A program made the position numbers and the translations under genes. From assembly GCA_950097015.1 (NCBI GenBank), contig CATNEN010000025.1:7688001-7752000 (forward strand): 64,000 bases of DNA, read 5' to 3'. The DNA is from Macrostomum hystrix. Lineage: Eukaryota; Animalia; Platyhelminthes. The notes under the pieces are model-generated. The model had not been told where the DNA came from. It ran no database searches and saw only the letters and a program-made list of their open reading frames with translations. Below are positions 56,454 to 64,000 of the stretch, piece after piece. How positions within the stretch are numbered: the first letter of the stretch is position 1; every line of letters starts with the position of its first letter.

Positions 56454-58860
56454 AGATTACTAATTCCAGATCCTCATGCAGAGATGACTAATTCTAGATC
56501 CCCATGCAGAGATTACTAATTCTAGATCCTCATGCAGAGATGACTAATTCCAGATCCCAATGCAGAGATGACTAATTCTAGATCCCCATGCAGAGATGAC
56601 TAATTCTAGATCCCCATGCAGAGATGACTAATTCTAGATCCCCATGCAGAGATGACTAATTCTAGATCCCCATGCAGAGATGACTAATTCTAGATCCCCA
56701 TGCAGAGATTACTAATTCCAGATCCCCATGCAGAGATTACTAATTCTAGATCCCCATGCAGAGATTACTAATTCTAGATCCCCATGTAGAGATTACTAAT
56801 TCTAGATCCCCATGCAGAGATTACTAATTCTAGATCCCCATGCAGAGATTACTAATTCTAGATCCTCATGCAGAGATTACTAATTCCAGATCCCCATGCA
56901 GAGATTACTAATTCCAGATCCCCATGCAGAGATGACTAATTCTAGATCCCCATGCAGAGATGACTAATTCTAGATCCCCATGCAGAGATGACTAATTCTA
57001 GATCCCCGTGTAGAGATTACTAATTCCAGATCCCTATGCAGAGATTACTAATTCCAGATCCCCATGCAGAGATGACTAATTCCAGATCCCCATGCAGAGA
57101 TTACTAATTCCAGATCCCCATGCAGAGATTACTAACTCTAGATCCCCATGCAGAGATTACTAATTCTAGATCCCCATGCAGAGATTACTAATTCCAGATC
57201 CTCATGCAGAGATTACTAATTCCAGATCCCCATGCAGAGATTACTAATTCCAGATCCCCATGCAGAGATTACTAATTCCAGATCCCCATGCAGAGATTAC
57301 TAATTCTAGATCCTCATGCAGAGATGACTAATTCTAGATCCCCATGCAGAGATTACTAATTCCAGATCCACATGCAGAGATGACTAATTCTAGATCCCCA
57401 TGCAGAGATTACTAATTCCAGATCCCCATGCAGAGATTACTAATTCCAGATCCCCATGCAGAGATGACTAATTCCAGATCCCCATGCAGAGATTACTAAT
57501 TCTAGATCCTCATGCAGAGATGACTAATTCTAGATCCTCATGCAGAGATGACTAATTCCAGATCCCCATGCAGAGATGACTAATTCTAGATCCCCATGCA
57601 GAGATGACTAATTCTAGATCCTCATTCAGAGATTACTAATTCCAGATCCCCATGCAGAGATTACTAATTCTAGATCCCCATGTAGAGATTACTAATTCCA
57701 GATCCCCATTCAGAGATTACTAATTCTAGATCCCCATTCAGAGATTACTAATTCCAGATCCCCATGCAGAGATTACTAATTCCAGATCCCCATGTAGAGA
57801 TTACTAATTCTAGATCCCCATGCAGAGATTACTAATTCCAGATCCCCATGCAGAGATTACTAATTCCAGATCCCCATGCAGAGATTACTAATTCCAGATC
57901 CCCATGCAGAGATTACTAATTCCAGATCCCCATGCAGAGATTACTAATTCCAGATCCCCATGCAGAGATTACTAATTCCAGATCCCCATGCAGAGATTGC
58001 TAATTCCAGATCCCCATGCAGAGATTACTAATTCCAGATCCCCATGTAGAGATTACTAATTCCAGATCCCCATGCAGAGATTGCTAATTCCAGATCCCCA
58101 TGCAGAGATTGCTAATTCCAGATCCCCATGTAGAGATTACTAATTCTAGATCCCCATGTAGAGATTACTAATTCTAGATCCTCATGCAGAGATTACTAAT
58201 TCTAGATCCTCATGCAGAGATTACTAATTCCAGATCCCCATGTAGAGATTACTAATTCCAGATCCCCATGCAGAGATTACTAATTCTAGATCCCCATGCA
58301 GAGATTACTAATTCTAGATCCCCATGCAGCGATGACTAATTCCACATCCCCATGCAGAGATGACTAATTCCAGATCCCCATGCAGAGATGACTAATTCCA
58401 CATCCCCATGCAGAGATGACTAATTCCAGATCCCCATGCAGAGATGACTAATTCCAGATCCCCATGCAGAGATGACTAATTCCAGATCCCCATGCAGAGA
58501 TGACTAATTCTAGATCCCCATGCAGAGATTACTAATTCTAGATCCCCATTCAGAGATGACTAATTCTAGATCCCCATGCAGAGATTACTAATTCCAGATC
58601 CCCATGCAGAGATTACTAATTCCAGATCCTCATGCAGAGAGGACTAATTCCAGATCCCCATGTAGAGATTACTAATTCTAGATCTCCATTCTGAGATTAC
58701 TAATTCCAGATCCCCATTTAGAGATTAATCCCATATCCTCATGCAGAGATTAATCCCAGATCCTCATGCAGAGATTAATCCCAGATCCTCATGCAGAGAT
58801 TAATCCCAGATCTTCATGCAGAGATTAATCCCAGATCCTCATCCAGCAATTACTAATCTC
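56454..58860. repeat. 28-bp satellite, right part
   Basis: Resumes in register after the TSD; degenerates to shorter units near 58730-58860. Confidence 0.97.
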
Positions 58861-59128
58861 TGATCCTTATGCAGAGGATACTCACATGAGATTAAGGTTT
58901 CGGGTTAAAACAAAATTTTCATTCTTGGAAACCAAGCAAAAGTTTTGCTACGAGCAGTTTCAAAGCAAATAAATTTATACGCGTTATACGAGCTAATAAC
59001 GTTAAAAACGCTGAGTAAGTAGCTTACTTTAAATAAATTATCTTTTTAAAACTCCAGAGGTCTTTAGAGTCGGATAGTATTTTCAAATTGTCGCAATTTT
59101 CTTAGAATTAGATCCAGGACATTTGAGG

Positions 59129-59994
59129 TCAGTTCTGCAGCCCGCACACCATATTCGCTGGCAGAGCGGCGTCTATCTGCTTGGGATACGGCAGATTCAA
59201 ATTTTTCATGATTTGAACAAACTCGCTCTTGGACTTTGTCAGGCGTGGATTAAACTGCTTCTCTTCTGACACGGAGGTGACTGTCTGACCTGTGTAGTCA
59301 TGCGCAGGATACAGCAAATAGTGCTCAGGCAGGCTGAGTATCTGGCTGTGAACGGAATCGTACAGGCGCTCCGGGGAGCCCTGTTGAAAGTCCGTCCGGC
59401 CGCAGTCGCGGATCAGCAGGGCATCGCCTGTGAATGCCATGCCGTGACTGTGCAGTACGTAGGTTAGGCAGCCGTCCGTGTGACCCGGTGTGGAGCGAAC
59501 CTCCAACTGCAGCTTGCCAAACTCGATCTGCAATTATTGGTCCCGAGTTCGAGCTCTACACTGCTTCAATAGGAATCCCACAGTTGCCATCCTAGTCAGT
59601 TGCTAGGGGAACTGGATTCTACAGATGGAATCCCACATTTCCCATCCCAGATTCGCATTCTCACGTTATCCCCATGTTTGACTCGCACATCTGCCCTGGC
59701 TTGGCTGACCTCCGCAATGACACTCTGGCAGCCTGGCAGGAAGCCTTTGATCTTGCCGCTGCCCGTCACGTGATCCGCGTGTACATGCGTATTGATGACG
59801 TACTTTAGAGTCAAGCCGAGCTGATCAACAATTTTTAGATCGCGATCCGCAGTCTCAATCACTGGATCGATTAGCACAGCCTCCTTGGTAGCCTCGCAAG
59901 CCAATAGATAGGTATAGGTGCAGCTGGTGTCCTCAAACAGTTGGCGAAACACCAAACTTGATGCCAGCTCCTCAGCCAAAAATCTCTTGTACAT
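59129..59994 (-). CDS. ETHE1: Persulfide dioxygenase (metallo-beta-lactamase fold), 242 aa
   Basis: Exons 59994-59665 and 59527-59129, phase 0. Motifs [63 protein letters not shown]. Confidence 0.96.
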
Positions 59995-60479
59995 GTTTTC
60001 GTCTTTGTTGCTTTATTTTTCAACAAACAAAAGTAAACACAGCTGTAGGTCACTGGCTTAGAAGTGGGTGTGGTTTTGCCGCGGACTATGGAGTGTGTAT
60101 AACTATATTTATGTTTGTTTGTCGTGACATCAAAGAGCAATCTGTACAGAGCCTGTACACTCACATGGAGGGCTACAAAAGATTCGCAGGTGGGGTTGTT
60201 CTACATAGTTGATGCGCTCATTTGTGATGCTGAGGGTGGACGCACTTGTTTACGGCACACTGTACGCGCCACTTTGTACACACACGAATGCACACGGGCG
60301 CCCGTCAATTAGAAATTTTCTATCCATTTTCATCCTTTTTGCTAAATTTACTTTTCCACTCACCCTATGATTATATTGTTCTCAGCTAACTGACAGCAAT
60401 ACAAATAACCCAAAACAATAGGTTCACTGGAAGGATGACTCTTACCGCAATCTTGTCATTATATCGACTCATGTTTGTT

Positions 60480-61195
60480 CTATCGACTCAAGTGTCTTTC
60501 TATCGACTAAAGTGTCTTTCTATCGACTTAAGTGTCATTCTATCGACTTAAGTGTCATTCTACCGACTCAAGTGTCATTCTATCGACTCAAGTGTCATTT
60601 CTATCGACTAAAGTGTCATTTTATCGACTTAAGTGTCATTCTACCGACTCAAGTGTCATTCTATCGACTCAAGTGTCATTTCTATCGACTAAAGTGTCAT
60701 TTTATCGACTTAAGTGTCATTCTATCGACTCAAGTGTCATTCTATCGACTCAAATGTCATTTCTATCGACTCAAGTGTCATTCTATCGACTCAAATGTCT
60801 TCTATCGACTTAAGTGTCATTCTACCGACTCAAGTGTCATTCTATCGACTCAAGTGTCATTTCTATCGACTAAAGTGTCATTTTATCGACTTAAGTGTCA
60901 TTTCTATCTACTCAAATGTCATTTCTATCGACTCAAGTGTCATTTTATCGACTTAAGTGTCATTCTATCGACTTAAGTGTCATTCTACCGACTCAAGTGT
61001 CATTCTATCGACTCAAGTGTCATTTCTATCGACTCAAGTGTCATTTTATCGACTTAAGTGTCATTCTATCGACTCAAATGTCATTTCTATCGACTCAAGT
61101 ATCATTATATCGACTCAAATGTCATTACATCGACTCAAACGTCATTATATCGACACAAATGTCATTATATCGACACAAATGTAATTGTATCGACC
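60480..61195. repeat. 20/21-bp minisatellite GTGTCATT(T)CTATCGACT(C/T)AA
   Basis: Alternating 20- and 21-bp units. Confidence 0.94.
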
Positions 61196-61554
61196 CGATG
61201 GTCACAATTAACTCAAGAGTTAATATAATTAATTAACGATTGTCATTCCACTTAAATCCCTTAAGGTCGAATTTGCAAGCCGTTATTTTACAATAGACGA
61301 GAAGTCAAAGATGTAATTTATCATTTTACGGGATTTAAATGTCATCCCGATAATTTCAGCGCAACAACTTTAGGGAAAGAAAAAATTGAAAGCATTAGAA
61401 ACGTTAAAAACAATAGAAATATACACAATGCAGTCCGATACATACACTCTGATCCGAACCACAAAATGTTAACAGCCGCCCGCGACCACCGATCTAGTTA
61501 TTAATTACTATGCCTTGCAGTCATTGAAGATGAAGTTGCACTTGTAGGGAGCAT

Positions 61555-62660
61555 TAGCAGCCTCAGCCAGTTTTTTTAGCGTCCAGAACACCCGAGCAAT
61601 GTTGAATTTGGACATCGGACGTCCTCTCATAACAGCGTACTCCGGCCACGCTCCGGTGCCCTGTCCTTTCCATTATCTGCTGCTCATCCACCCCCGGCCT
61701 GGTAGAGGCGAGTGGCGCAGGTGGTGCGCAGAGAATGATTGGACTTTTTTCTAACTAGGCCCGCCTCTGCGCAGATGTTGGACAAGAAGGATGCGAGAGT
61801 GTTCTTGCCGACTGGCCGGTTGCAAAACCATACACTGGTTGGATTCTTCATTGGTTGCAGGTAGAACCGTGTGCTTCCGGCAGGCCTTACACTCAGAAAC
61901 TGTTCGAACAGGCGAACATGACACCTCTCGGGTTTCGCCTCATTCTCAAAGTGGACTACTTCCTTTGGAAAAATCATTGAGCCACGGAGGCCACCAGCAT
62001 TGGTCTTTGATACAGTCTCTTTGTAGACAATGTAACGCTCAGCATTTCTCTCCTGAATACTGAATTGCCCAATGTCAAGATTGCTGTGCTCAGTCTCACT
62101 GATCACGCTTGCGCTTCTCTTGAACAAGCCAATGCCATCTCTAGTGGAAATCTTCATAGCAGCGTCCAGACTCTGAGTCAACAGTGGAAACTGCACTCCA
62201 CGGAAGAAATCTACAGGTCGATGAATGCAAACCACCTGTTGTATACCAGCAATGATCGAGACCAGAGTTGTGGGTGGATACTTTTTTCCGTCGGCGCGCC
62301 TTACCTCGTATATAAAAGCAGACCGTTGCTTATTAAGCTCTTCGTCGGCCAGATCATGTACGGCGATGCAATCCATTCCGCGCGTCTGTCTCCAATTGTT
62401 AAATAACTTTTCGGCCCATTTGTTCCTGCTCGTGGTAGAACTTGGTAGACTTGGTAGAATCGTTCAAGGCTTTCACAGCTGCTATGTCTATTGGAGCTTG
62501 GCGAACGTCGTCATCAGATGACGATCGATGCACGTTGACTTCGTTTCCCTTTCGTAGCTCGGCGAGGGCGTAAGGATTTTGCATATCAGCTCCACTATCT
62601 AATAGCGCATCCAAATCCTCAGTTCGTAGAACGTTGGGTTCGTAGTCTTCAACAAAATCT
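61555..62660 (-). pseudogene. Decayed Crypton-type (DUF3504-like) tyrosine recombinase
   Basis: KWAEKLFNNW, FIYEVRRADGKKYPP.TL, ETVSKTNAGGL, RCHVRLF, NHSLRTTCATRLY, and in the next frame ERTGHRS..VRCY (H-x-x-R, H and Y catalytic motifs). Two frameshifts and an apparent internal deletion. Confidence 0.8.
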
Positions 62661-62915
62661 ACTGAATAGTCGACAAGCGGGTTGAATATATAAGCTATAC
62701 TTCCGTTCGTTACATTGTATTATTTTTTCGTTTGAATTCGTGCCACACGTGCATTCTGAGTTTGAAAAAGTTGTGCTGACGTGGCTTTGCCGTGCCTTGA
62801 CACTTGGATCTATGTCTATGGCATTTTACCATGATCCATCCTACAAGCGAAGTTGAAGAATAATCTTTGTAACTGAATCTGTGGAACCGTCCATAAACTA
62901 TATGATGAACTAGTT

Positions 62916-63496
62916 ATGATGAACCCTTCAAAGCAAGAGGAGGAGCAGCCGGCTACCGAGCTGCAATGCTCGGAACAGGACTCGCTTGAGACCAACAGCC
63001 ATTTTTCAACAGACGTCCTGCGAGACACTGCCTCGCAACAGACTGCCGATGAGCAAGAATTCGAAGTCAATCAAGTCAGCAGGCGCAGCCGTATAATCCA
63101 GGCCTGCATTCTGAACGAGATGACAGAAGACGACTTTGACGACGTCAATCAAGATCGCAGCAAAACTGACAAAGATGTTGAATATATTATTAAGCAGATT
63201 AATTCGTTGGTGCTGTTTCAAGCATTCGAGGATGAAGAATTAAAGGTGATTGTCAATACTTTAGTCCTTGAAATAGATACTACTGAGAAGACTCACGGAT
63301 TAAAAAATATTCCAATCTTCACAGTCCGTCATTGAGTACATGTACAAGCGCAAAGTGGACAAAGGCGAGGTTGTAATCAAACAGGGCGACATTGGCGACG
63401 CGTTTTTTGTGGTTCGGAGCGGCAAGTATGAGTGCACAGAGTCCCAGGCTGGCAAAAGCTCTCTGATCAAGACCTACAACGGCTCCGGATACTTTG
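62916..63496 (+). CDS. PRKAR-like: First two exons of a cAMP-binding protein, PKA regulatory subunit-like; partial, continues beyond the window
   Basis: Exons 62916-63245 and 63325-63496. KTDKDVEYI…LVLFQAFEDEELK/SVIEYM…VIKQGDIGDAFFVVRSGKY…TYNGSGYFG matches cNMP-binding domain A. Confidence 0.8.
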
Positions 63497-63524
63497 GTAA
63501 GGCTCATGAGCAGCCTGTTATTAG

Positions 63525-64000
63525 TCATGATCATGGTGATGAGTATTCTGGGTCATTTAGTGATGATCATGGTGATCAGTATTCTGGGTCATTTAGTGAT
63601 GATCATGGTGATGAGTATTCTGGGTCATTTAGTGATGATCATGGTGATGAGTATTCTGGGTCATTTAGTGATGATCATGGTGATCAGTATTCTGGGTCAT
63701 TTAGTGATGATCATGGTGATAAGTATTCTGGGTCATTTAGTGATGATCATGGTGATGAGTATTCTGGGTCATTTAGTGATGATCATGGTGATGAGTATTC
63801 TGGGTCATTTAGTGATGATCATGGTGATGAGTATTCTGGGTCATTTAGTGATTATCATGGTGATCAGTATTCTGGGTCATTTAGTGATTATCATGGTGAT
63901 CAGTATTCTGGGTCATTTAGTGATGATCATGGTGATGAGTATTCTGGGTCATTTAGTCATGACCATGGTGATGAGTATTCTGGGTCATTTAGTGATGATC
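63525..64000. repeat. 36-bp intronic minisatellite GATGATCATGGTGAT(G/C)AGTATTCTGGGTCATTTAGT
   Basis: 36-bp period starting about 30 bp after the 63496 donor; runs off the window. Confidence 0.95.

Noticed and set aside
62745-62795. CACGTG and TGACGTGG motifs upstream of the PKA-R-like gene as regulatory sites
   Set aside because: Short motifs with no TSS information; not supportable from sequence alone.

Overview
Eukaryotic (animal) genomic DNA. Very short introns, GC-rich coding exons with CAG runs and introns filled with minisatellites suggest a flatworm such as Macrostomum (inference). About 40% of the window (roughly 25 kb, summed by eye) is tandem arrays, each with a different 13-46 bp unit, and these produce all of the very long ORFs in the track. 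I assembled seven spliced host genes by hand: an Ig/6-Cys/TM receptor- or neuregulin-like gene (-), a divergent UBE3C-like gene whose HECT domain is truncated before the catalytic lobe (-), a 15-exon anoctamin of ANO7 type (+), NKAPD1-like (-), WBP11 (+, with a GC-AG intron), ETHE1 (-) and the start of a PKA regulatory-subunit-like gene (+). Mobile DNA includes four copies of one tRNA-derived SINE, a second tRNA-derived element and a decayed Crypton-type tyrosine recombinase. The most notable feature is an 11.3 kb, very young LTR retroelement (45190-56453, - strand) inserted into a 28-bp satellite. It has 2.4 kb near-identical LTRs, a 4-bp TSD, a PBS and a PPT, and encodes Gag plus a protease behind a predicted -1 frameshift signal. 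I found no RT, RNase H or integrase. In their place are an unknown Trp-rich ORF, structured repeats and an antisense three-exon, TATA-preceded gene for an 83-aa tail-anchored membrane protein. All gene models and family calls come from reading the sequence and recalled motifs; no searches were run.
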